A stretch of DNA of 64,000 nucleotides from a virus, in IMG/VR virus record IMGVR_UViG_3300022856_000003; one strand, given 5' to 3'. Position numbers and translations under genes: made by a program. Of this stretch, positions 55,409-63,735 are shown piece after piece (the first letter of the stretch is position 1; every line of letters starts with the position of its first letter). The notes beneath the pieces were generated by a model. That model made no database searches. It was not told the DNA's origin and was given only the letters and a program-made list of their open reading frames with translations.

Positions 55409-57094
55409 ATGACGACCAAGTCTCCTACTCCTACCTCTCCTGCCATCGACGACATTCGGGTTGGAATCGCAGCGCGATTCCCCTGCATGTGGCTCGAGAC
55501 GCACGAGGAACGTCGCGCTCTCGCCGAACTCGGTGACATGTGCGAAACCATGAACCTCAAGCTCTTCGTTTGGTCGATCAGTAGCGGCATCCGTCGTCGT
55601 CTGACCGGTGCCGAACGAGCGACGAACAAGAACTCCTCCCAGTACGAGTCGATCGCTCCAGAGGCAGGACCGGATGAGCTGATCGAGGCCGTTCTGGCAC
55701 AGCCGAAGGGTTCCGACGGTTCCGACGTTCGCGCTCTCTACGTCCTTGCGGAGATCGACGAGCTGATCAACGAGGATGTTGTCCTTCGTCGTAAGTTCCG
55801 CGAGTTCATCGAAGACGCGCGAGCCCGCCAGGGTCGTCACGTCCTGGTGATGACTCCGCGAACCAACAACATCCCGACGAGTCTCGACCGCACGGTCACT
55901 CAGGTGACTTTGCCGGTTCCTACCCGTGACCAGCACGCTCAGCGAATCGACCGGTTCGTGACCCAGTTCAAGGGCCGAAAGAAGGGCGACAAGCTCGTCA
56001 ACCTGTCCGCGAAGCAGCGCGAGCGCCTGATCAACGCGGCCACGGGCCTCACCCGTGACGGTCTCGACCGAGCCGTCTCCGTCGCTCTGACCGAGTTCAA
56101 GTGCCTCGACGAGCGCGCCATCGAAACGGTCGCCAAGGAGAAGCGTCAGCTCGTGGACGGCACCGGGTTCCTCCAGTACACGGAACCCGCCGAGACGCTC
56201 GACGATGTCGGTGGTCAGGATCTCTTCAAGGCATGGCTCCAGCAGCGCATGAAGGCTTTCGGACCCGAGGCCCGCGCCTACGGACTTCCCGAGCCGAAGG
56301 GTGTGCTCGTCACGGGTCCTCCCGGCGTCGGCAAGAGCCTGGGAGCGAAGGCGGCAAGTGCGACCTGGGGTCGACCTCTTCTTCGTCTCGACATCGGCGC
56401 GCTGATGGGCGGCATCGTCGGGGAATCCGAAGGGAACACCCGGCAGGCCATCGAACTCATCGAAGCGATGGCACCCTGCGTCCTCTGGATTGACGAGATC
56501 GAGAAGGGCCTCTCGGGGATGGCATCCTCCGGCTCCACCGATGGCGGAACCACGGCGCGCGTCTTCCAGACCCTCCTGACGTGGCTCAACGAGAAGACCT
56601 CCTCGGTGTTCGTCTTCGCCACGGCGAACGACCCGACGAGCCTCCCGCCCGAGCTTCTTCGAAAGGGCCGTCTCGACGAGATCTTCGCGGTGACGCTTCC
56701 CAGTCACGTTGAGCGTGTCGAAGTCCTCGAGATTCACATCAACCGGCGCAAGCGCAACCCGAAGGACTTCGACCTTGAGTTGCTCGCGGCCAACACAAAG
56801 GGCTTCTCCGGTGCCGAACTGGAACAGGGCGTCATCGACGCAATGTTCGCGGCCTTCGCTGATGACGGTGCGGTCCTCTCGACCAAGTACGTCCTCGACG
56901 CAGTCCAGGCGACGAAGCCGATGTCCGAGACGATGGCCGAGCGCATCGAAGCGATGGCACTCTGGGCCGAGACCCGCGCTCGCCCTTGCTCCAGCCTGAC
57001 GGGACAAGAGCCGGTCATCCAGTCCGCGCCGACGACTCCCGCCGAGCAGAAGCAGGCCGCGTCTGACGACATCCTGGACATCCTGACCGACTGA
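55409..57094 (+). CDS. AAA+ ATPase, Ycf46-like
   Basis: Walker A GPPGVGKS, Walker B VLWIDEIEK, FATANDPTSLPPELLRKGRLDEIF, GFSGAELEQ, and a degenerate N-terminal AAA domain (THEERRAL). Confidence 0.9.
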   Translation: MTTKSPTPTSPAIDDIRVGIAARFPCMWLETHEERRALAELGDMCETMNLKLFVWSISSGIRRRLTGAERATNKNSSQYESIAPEAGPDELIEAVLAQPKGSDGSDVRALYVLAEIDELINEDVVLRRKFREFIEDARARQGRHVLVMTPRTNNIPTSLDRTVTQVTLPVPTRDQHAQRIDRFVTQFKGRKKGDKLVNLSAKQRERLINAATGLTRDGLDRAVSVALTEFKCLDERAIETVAKEKRQLVDGTGFLQYTEPAETLDDVGGQDLFKAWLQQRMKAFGPEARAYGLPEPKGVLVTGPPGVGKSLGAKAASATWGRPLLRLDIGALMGGIVGESEGNTRQAIELIEAMAPCVLWIDEIEKGLSGMASSGSTDGGTTARVFQTLLTWLNEKTSSVFVFATANDPTSLPPELLRKGRLDEIFAVTLPSHVERVEVLEIHINRRKRNPKDFDLELLAANTKGFSGAELEQGVIDAMFAAFADDGAVLSTKYVLDAVQATKPMSETMAERIEAMALWAETRARPCSSLTGQEPVIQSAPTTPAEQKQAASDDILDILTD

Positions 57095-57180
57095 GCAAAG
57101 ACACATCGCAGCGGTCGAGGGTTGAACATCTTCGACCGCTGCGATAGGATGTCACTAGGAAACGAACTAACCCGCAAACG

Positions 57181-57783
57181 ATGGAGGTCAAGGTGACCCA
57201 GGGTGACGACAAGATTGCAATCTTCGGGAAGATCGTCGAATCTTCTGTTGACGGCCCCGGAACCCGCGCGGTGATTCACTTCGCAGGCTGTTCCATCGGG
57301 TGCCCCGGATGTTTCAACCCTCTGACCCATGATGCGACCGCGCCAGGCGTCTGGTACGGCTCCGCGAAATCGATTGCGCGGAGGATGCTCGCGGTATCCG
57401 ATTCCGTGACCATCTCCGGTGGCGAGCCCACCGACCAGCTCGAGTCCCTGTTCGACCTCTGCGTGGAGCTGAGGGCAGAAGGCTGCAACGACATCGTCCT
57501 GTTCACGGGCAAGAAGGTGTCTGTCCATGAGAGGAAGCCTCTCTGGAACAAGCTCATCAGAGATTGTCTTGTGGATGTCGTAGTCGACGGACCCTTCAAG
57601 CAAGGGAACCTCGCCATCATCGGGCTCCGTGGCTCCGACAATCAGGAAGTCATCCCGATCACCGAGCGGTGGACCGTGGCCGACTTCAACGAGCGGGAAG
57701 TCGAAATCACGCTCGACTTCTCCAGCGGTGGCCTGCTAATCACGGGCTTCCCTGACCAGGAACTTCTCGACCTGCTGGCGTGA
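57181..57783 (+). CDS. NrdG-like radical SAM / 4Fe-4S protein
   Basis: VDGPGTRAVIHFAGCSIGCPGCFN (CxxxCxxC), TISGGEP, DVVVDGPF, LRGSDNQ. Confidence 0.85.
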   Translation: MEVKVTQGDDKIAIFGKIVESSVDGPGTRAVIHFAGCSIGCPGCFNPLTHDATAPGVWYGSAKSIARRMLAVSDSVTISGGEPTDQLESLFDLCVELRAEGCNDIVLFTGKKVSVHERKPLWNKLIRDCLVDVVVDGPFKQGNLAIIGLRGSDNQEVIPITERWTVADFNEREVEITLDFSSGGLLITGFPDQELLDLLA

Positions 57784-57856
57784 CATTCCGTCACTCAGTG
57801 TTATACTGACGAAGGAAACCGCTCCAACGGTTACCACCGAAACCACCGAGGCAAAA

Positions 57857-58054
57857 ATGCGACAAGAAGTAGAAATCATCATCGACCCGCTCTCTGGCGA
57901 GATGTCCTCGAAAGTCGTCACAGGACCGGGCGGCGCACTCTGCGAAACGATGCTCGAGCAGCTCTTCGACCAGAAGCCCTCGGGCACGAAGAAGTTGCCT
58001 GAGTACTACCAGAAGCGCGTCACCGTCGGCAAGACCAAGCAGAAGCGCGGATAG
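57857..58054 (+). CDS. DUF2997-like protein
   Basis: EVEIIIDPLSGEM..KVVTGPGGALCETM...KLPEYYQ, in its usual neighbourhood. Confidence 0.7.
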   Translation: MRQEVEIIIDPLSGEMSSKVVTGPGGALCETMLEQLFDQKPSGTKKLPEYYQKRVTVGKTKQKRG

Positions 58055-58120
58055 CGACCCTTCAAACCCTCCTCGGAGCGGGCAAGGTGCCTGCGAAGAT
58101 CGAACCCCCGGAGCCCGACA

Positions 58121-58597
58121 ATGAGTGCCTACGCCGAATACAACAGTGTCCAATTCAAAGACCTCCCTTGCCTGATTGAGGCGCTCCAGAAGTGCCGCAA
58201 CCGGAAGGGGATCCCCTGGACCCTGTACAATCTCGTCATCAGCGAGAACAACGACATCGATCTCTACGGCTACGAGGGGAAGAACCGATCGACCGCCAGC
58301 GGCCAGAACCGTTCGCCCAAGTGCTCGATCGCCATCGCGGGAGCGGGACGCCCCGGGTGTTTGAACGCAGTCGGCTCGTCCTCCAACGACCTCGGCTTCA
58401 CCCGAGACGCCGACGGGAACCTCGCCCCGGTCATCAGCAGCTACGACTCGACGGCCTACGACGAGTGCTGGATGAACGAGTTGAAGGCGACCTACCTCGA
58501 AGTCCTCGTCAACAAGAACGCGAAGAAGAACGGCTACAAGGTCAAGAAGACCGAAGTCGACGGCAAGGTCAAGCTGACCATGACCCGCTGGCGCTAG
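58121..58597 (+). CDS. DUF1257 / Ycf35-like protein
   Basis: MSAY....VQFKDLPCLIEALQK...LYGYEG...SNDLGF...ISSYD...LKATY...AKKNGYKV. Confidence 0.75.
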   Translation: MSAYAEYNSVQFKDLPCLIEALQKCRNRKGIPWTLYNLVISENNDIDLYGYEGKNRSTASGQNRSPKCSIAIAGAGRPGCLNAVGSSSNDLGFTRDADGNLAPVISSYDSTAYDECWMNELKATYLEVLVNKNAKKNGYKVKKTEVDGKVKLTMTRWR

Positions 58598-58653
58598 CTG
58601 CAACGATTTCTAGCAGGGCGCGACCCGCCCCCCCTACGTCCTGCCAGACGGTG

Positions 58654-58685
58654 AAGCCCTGCCCTAATTTTGGGGTAGGGTTTTT
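58654..58685 (+). terminator. Intrinsic terminator
   Basis: AAGCCCTGCCCT-AATTTT-GGGGTAGGGTTT followed by TT, after the DUF1257 gene. Confidence 0.7.
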
Positions 58686-59314
58686 CCCGTTGGGAGACAA
58701 GATGACACCGCTCGAAGAAGAGGCTCTCCGCGAGCAAGTCAAGGTTCCCGACCGATTCGCCATCAAGGACGCGGACGGCTTCTGGACGTTCCTTTCGGAG
58801 CTGGATGATGCGCGGTTCATTGTCGAGTACAGCCCAGTCTTTCGAGTGCAGGGAGACATACGACTGGTCATAGGACCCTGGGGCATTCGGGACCGTCTTC
58901 CACTGGAATCACCAGTCGACGATCTCAGCAGGGTCTTGCTGGCTGTCACATCGGCTCCTCTTGAGCCCTCACAAGCCCGCTACGTGGCTGCGCTAATTTC
59001 CTCACACTCTGTGACCCTTCTGACAGTCGAAGGCGCTCTCGAGCCATCTGAGTGGCCTCTTGAGAACGTCCTCTACGAGATCTGTCACCTGGGTCAACGC
59101 TCTGGCCTCATGGGCTCTGTTGAGAGGTACAGCGAGGACAGTGTCTTCCGCCTCGACACAGGCGACGAGACGCCACTGGAAGATCTGGCTCACATGCTCT
59201 GGCCAGCGGGTGGTCAGTTCGACCCCATCGCTTGACAACTGCCGACCGCACCGATATAGTAACTGTGAGGGCGAGATGCCCTCAGATGTCGTCCAAGGTG
59301 GACGAGGAGACTAG

Positions 59315-60919
59315 ATGGCACTCATCCGACTAGGCATTCACAAAGACTACGTCCCTAGCTGGGGAATCTGGGAAGGGGTCCGTGACCTCGTTCAGAACGC
59401 ACTCGACGAAGACGACAAGGGCAACGCTCTGTCCGTCCATGAGTATCCGAAGACCAACCGGATCAGCCTCATCAACGATGGTTCAATCCTTCCGCTAGAA
59501 GCCCTGCTCATCGGCTTCTCAACGAAGGCCAACGACACTCAGTCTCGTGGTCAGTACGGAGAGGGCCTCAAGCTCGCAATGCTGGCTCTCATCCGCGAAG
59601 GAGTGGGAGTCGTCATTCGTTCTGGCGGAACGACTTTTAAGCCGATCATCGCCATGGATCCGCAGCTCAACTGCGAGACCCTCTGCATCAAGACATCGAA
59701 GACCAAGGACCTTGGTATCACCGATGTGATGCTCGAGAACATGAGCACCGCTGGCTGGGCCGAGTGCAAGAAGCGATTCACGCGCTGGGCAGGATTCACC
59801 GACACGGTGGAAACCGCTGGAGGAACCCTCATCCGCGACGACGCGGCCAAGGGGATGGTCTTCGTCAAAGGCATCTACGTCTGTACCCTGGAAGGGTTGA
59901 AGTTCGGCTACGACCTCAAGCATTGCGACTTGGACCGTGACCGCTCCATCCCGATGCAGTGGGAGCTGGAGTTCCAGACCAGCAAGATTGTCGAAGCCGC
60001 GATGCTGGCTGACAAGGTCACTCCTGATGAAGCCATCGAGTTGTTCACGGGAGGAAATGTCGAGTCCCGCAAGTTCGGCTCCTCGTTCTCTATCGCTCCT
60101 GGCTCCTCTGCTCTGGAGAAGGCCATCCTCGAAAAGCACCCTGATGTGGATGCCTTCGAGTTTGAGGGAGACGATCTCAAAGCTCCCGAAGATCTCAAGG
60201 TCGTCAGGCTCCCTGCCGCCATGCGAGGCCCGCTGGCTGATCGTCTGACTTCTGTCAAGTCGGTCATGAGCGCACGTAGCGGAATGCCGACCGCGATATT
60301 CACCAGGAAGCAGTTGTCAGAAACCGAGACGAGGAACCTCCTCCTCCTCGAGATGTTCACGCTGTCAAAGGACGACAAGATCCTCCCGGTAGAGATGAAG
60401 GACCCTGTTTCTACCCTCCCAGGTGATGACGAGATCGCCCAGGTGGTTGTTTGTCGTCGACTCCTCCGTACCGATGACGGTCTGGTCAGGGTGATGCAGG
60501 GCCTCATGGAATACGGAGTCGCCTCCGAGGACGAAGTATTCGCCACATTGCTCAAGGTTCGCAGTGGACATGATGCAATTGATGCAGAGGCGGCTGAACT
60601 CCGAGCCAGCATCGAGCGTGAGAAGATCGCGTGGGACGATAAGCGTCGGCAAAATGTTCGCGAGGCAGTAGCCCACATCCAGCGTCGCGAAGAGACAGCC
60701 CGACAGGAAATCGCTGACAAGGAATCTGACTACCTGCTCGAAGCGGATCGGTTCTTGACGAAGGCGAAGAAGCGCGGCGAGGAAATTCTCGCGGATTCCA
60801 TCGTCCAGGCCGCTGACTTTGAAGTCGAAGCAATGGACAAGCTCAAGGCGAAGCTCCTTGAGAGTGTCGTAACCGAGAGCGATGTCGACGACATCCTTGC
60901 CAACCTGGGGAATATGTGA
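59315..60919 (+). CDS. GHKL (HATPase_c/MORC-like) ATPase with a C-terminal coiled coil
   Basis: YVPSWGIWEGVRDLVQNALDE (N box), NDGS (G1), GFSTK...GQYGEGLK (G2). Confidence 0.8.
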   Translation: MALIRLGIHKDYVPSWGIWEGVRDLVQNALDEDDKGNALSVHEYPKTNRISLINDGSILPLEALLIGFSTKANDTQSRGQYGEGLKLAMLALIREGVGVVIRSGGTTFKPIIAMDPQLNCETLCIKTSKTKDLGITDVMLENMSTAGWAECKKRFTRWAGFTDTVETAGGTLIRDDAAKGMVFVKGIYVCTLEGLKFGYDLKHCDLDRDRSIPMQWELEFQTSKIVEAAMLADKVTPDEAIELFTGGNVESRKFGSSFSIAPGSSALEKAILEKHPDVDAFEFEGDDLKAPEDLKVVRLPAAMRGPLADRLTSVKSVMSARSGMPTAIFTRKQLSETETRNLLLLEMFTLSKDDKILPVEMKDPVSTLPGDDEIAQVVVCRRLLRTDDGLVRVMQGLMEYGVASEDEVFATLLKVRSGHDAIDAEAAELRASIEREKIAWDDKRRQNVREAVAHIQRREETARQEIADKESDYLLEADRFLTKAKKRGEEILADSIVQAADFEVEAMDKLKAKLLESVVTESDVDDILANLGNM

Positions 60920-62336
60920 TGGCGGAAGTCACCCGCTACTACGACGTGATGGATCTGCCCGACGAGATCTACAACGCTCTCAACGTCATGGGCCACTATC
61001 TCAGTGGGGAAGGCGTGTCGAGCGGTCTCATCAAGGTTGTGGATAGCGATGTTCCGGCCTTCGTCGAGAACGGCATCTGGTTCATCGACATGCGGTGGGC
61101 CATCCAGGCGTCCAAAGGAGCGACAGCCATGGTCCTGACCATCTGTCTCGGAGCGATGTCCAGGGATCAGTTCGAGGTTGAGGCACACAAGGTCTTCGAC
61201 CGCACGCTCAAAGCGCAGCTCTCTCTAGCCAATGATCTCGTGAAGTTGCAGGAAGTCACGGACAACCGGGTCAAGCGCATCAAAGACCAGGCCATGCGCG
61301 ACCTCAAGAGCTACCTGCTCGACAATGTCGTAGTGACACAGGACGACGTGGACACGGCCCTAGACGACATCTTGAGGACGTTCTAATGACCGACCTCGAC
61401 GAAGCAATCGAAGTGGTGGCGAACCTAGCCAATCGGACCCACACACCGACCATCGCTGACGGCATACGCATCGGTGCTCATGCTGTCCGAAGGGCGCTGG
61501 AGGAGGTGTTCGAGAAGAAAGTGGTGCTAAATATCGGAGGTGATAGCCCTGCTGATGAGATGTTCGGGACGAGACGCGAAGGGCTCGAGAACCTTGCAGC
61601 CACCCTTGCCGACAAGGACCGTGATTCTCCCATCCCACACAGCGAAATCGATTTCGCCAGTCTCAAGTTCGAGGACAAAACTCACCTCGACGATGACGAG
61701 AGTAGGACGCTCACTCAGATGGCCTTCTTCATCTGGGGAGACCATTGGCACGGCTCGAATACCTCATGGCTCCAGATCGCTGATCTGCCGCGCAAGGGGT
61801 TCGCCATCTACGCCACCGAGGCTGGTCGACCTCTGGTCGTCATCGACCCGCGATGGCTGACTCCTGGTTCGTTCACTGGCGATGGTCCTGGCGCACGGCA
61901 GTTCACTGCCATCCTCCTGGCTCTACCCAGTGCGAACGCCAAGCACATCCTCAATCTGTCTCTCGAGCGTTTGTTCGGCTTTGCATCCTCGGTGAACCGC
62001 AAGGAGAGTGAGTACAAGGGCGAACTCGACAAGGAGTACGCCAGGAAGGAACTCGATCTCGCCTCCGGGTTCGCTGACAAGGTAGAGCAGGCCCATGCCA
62101 CAGCACTCGAACGCACATTGAAGGCTGAGAGGAACTCGATCAACCGTTGCTTGGTCGCTGAATCGGAATGCAACGAGAAGGTCCTTCTGGCCGAAGCGGA
62201 GGTCCGAGATATGAAGATCTGGTGCGAGACGGTTCGTGAGCGTGCCTCGGCAGATGCGCGGCAAATCCTCGAAGATCAAGTCGTCCTCGAACGCGACATC
62301 GACTCTGTACTCGAGTCCATCATGGAGACCCTGTGA
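60916..62336 (+). CDS. Two hypothetical proteins (60916..61386, 61386..62336) sharing a coiled-coil + VVxxxD[VI]D tail with the GHKL ATPase
   Basis: LLESVVTESDVDDIL / LLDNVVVTQDDVDTALDDIL / ILEDQVVLERDIDSVLESI. Confidence 0.6.
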
Positions 62337-62959
62337 TCCAAATCGATCAGATACTCCCGCCCGTAGCCAGAACCATCGAGTGGGCTTTCAAGATCAGGAC
62401 GGACAAAGAGGTCCAGATCGCGGGTGTCACTCGGTTGGCGATGAGGGATCTGGTTCGAGCTGTCGCCCCTGGACTCGGGAAGCTCCTGCTCTCGCACATG
62501 AATGGCGAATGGCTCCACCTCAACCCGCCACCATGGACCCCGTTCGAGGAGGTGGTTATGCCGCCTCTCGACCCGGCCGTCCTGGCGAAGTACCCGGAGT
62601 ACGCCGACCTCCGAAGAGAGGAAACCGTTTACCTCAACTCCAGGTATCAGGTGAACGCCCGCGAGGTGGGCGGCGGGATGACTCACCTGTCCATCAAGAG
62701 GGTCGGCAAGGAACCACACATCGACTGGCGAGACATGCAGCGCATCAAGACGGAATTGACCTCTGCAACCCGAGAAGGGATGGAGCTGTATCCCGCCGAG
62801 AGTCGCGTCGTGGACACCGCGAACCAGTACCACATCTGGGTTCTACCCGAGGGAGCCCCATTGGGCTTCGGTCTGGGTCAGGAGAGGATCATCATGAACA
62901 ATGCCGACCTCGAAGCGACACCAGCAGGAGGGGGCATTCAGCGCCCCTTTGAAACCTGA
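62333..62959 (+). CDS. Conserved phage protein (HLSIKR...DWRDMQRIKxEL...ELYPAESRVVDTANQYHIW)
   Basis: Distinctive motif string recalled from uncharacterised phage proteins. Confidence 0.6.
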   Translation: MIQIDQILPPVARTIEWAFKIRTDKEVQIAGVTRLAMRDLVRAVAPGLGKLLLSHMNGEWLHLNPPPWTPFEEVVMPPLDPAVLAKYPEYADLRREETVYLNSRYQVNAREVGGGMTHLSIKRVGKEPHIDWRDMQRIKTELTSATREGMELYPAESRVVDTANQYHIWVLPEGAPLGFGLGQERIIMNNADLEATPAGGGIQRPFET

Positions 62960-63735
62960 GATGGAAAGAAGCCTCACAGTGAATCTGTCCTTCTCCCCAC
63001 AGGAAATCCTGGATGCACTCCGACAGGCATACCCGGATGAGAACATTCCCGATCACGCCTCCATCAAGGTTGGTCGAGGTAGTCGCCCGTCCGATAAGAA
63101 GAAGACGATTGTCGGCGAGACTGAATCAAAGCGAGCCATCTATGCGTCATTGGACTGCAAGGTCCATTGGGACAAGCGATGAGGAAGCTAGGCCGCTGGT
63201 ATCACAGCAACGGTGGAGTTGACCCCGATCAGTGCGGCGTGACAGTCAGTTGGCGTCGTCAACCAGGCCATTCAGGTCTCGGGTTTGGGAACCGAAAAGG
63301 CTGGCCTCAGCGATCAGGCCGCAACGCCTTCGCCCCCGTGCTGGCCACTCCGCTCCACGGCTCCATTGGAATCATGAGCCCAGACTGGGTGGACGCTGAC
63401 GGTGGACATCCGATGAGTCCCCCGAGCGACTACTACGACTTCGGACATCCCGAGTTGAAGTGGCAGTCCGAGATGCGCTCCGCTCCCGATGGCGCGGTCG
63501 AAGCATTCTGCAACGAAGCTGACCGTCTGGCTGTTGAAGCTGGATGGACACTCACCGAGGAGGAGTAGAGATGAGCACGAGAACGACCATCACCGCAGAG
63601 GTCCAAGCGGTCCTCGAAGCTGGAACCATCACTGACGGCGTTCGCCAAAGGTTGACCAACGGGACTGGTCTCGCGAAATCGATTGCGCTAGAGTGAGGCC
63701 ACAGGGACGGTCCCTGTCCATAAGCAAGAGGCGAT

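Larger units (their letters stand above)
89..59260 (+). promoter_or_regulatory. Set of sigma70-like promoters (-35/16-17 bp/-10), all on the + strand
   Basis: TTGCGC/TAGACT 89-117; TTGAAC/TACACT 581-609; TTGACC/TACACT 5195-5223; TTGAAT/TAGAAT 9301-9329; TTGACA/TAGAGT 10258-10285; TTGCGT/TATGTT 10822-10850; TTGACG/TAGAAT 15528-15556; TTGACA/TAGAAT 18675-18703; TTGACA/TAGAGT 22852-22880; TTGCTA/TACTCT 25811-25839; TTGACT/TACAGT 28640-28668; TTGCGC/TATAGT 31489-31517; TTGACA/TATAAT 33130-33157; TTGACT/TATACT 38114-38142; TTGCGA/TACAAT 40058-40086; TTGCAC/TATGAT 48159-48187; TTGATT/TACACT 52177-52205; TTGACA/TATGAT 53644-53672; TTGACC/TACAAT 55321-55349; TTGAAC/TAGGAT 57122-57150; TTGACA/TATAGT 59232-59260. 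Each lies in or at the edge of a short intergenic gap. Confidence 0.8.
620..63687. repeat. Dispersed 14-bp palindromic repeat CGAAATCGATTTCG (core GAAATCGATT[T/G]C), at least 20 copies
   Basis: Copies start at 620, 4841, 9272, 10344, 12729, 17293, 18714, 23756, 25782, 29263, 32065, 38790, 44414, 47009, 51035, 52157, 54970, 57365, 61643 and 63674. Confidence 0.95.

Noticed and set aside
55244-57106. Long minus-strand ORFs (e.g. 55244..57106, 3068..4270, 2067..3068, 42024..42896)
   Set aside because: They are antisense shadows of well-supported + strand genes, expected in GC-rich DNA with strong codon bias. They show no recognisable motifs or promoters.
57181-57783. Calling this gene nrdG as evidence of an anaerobic ribonucleotide reductase
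   Set aside because: No nrdD is in the window and the context is the AAA/DUF2997/DUF1257 module, so no symbol was assigned.
620-63687. Palindromic repeat as a CRISPR array or REP/MITE element
   Set aside because: Copies are single, kilobases apart and mostly inside coding sequence. There are no spacers, cas genes, flanking homology or target duplications.
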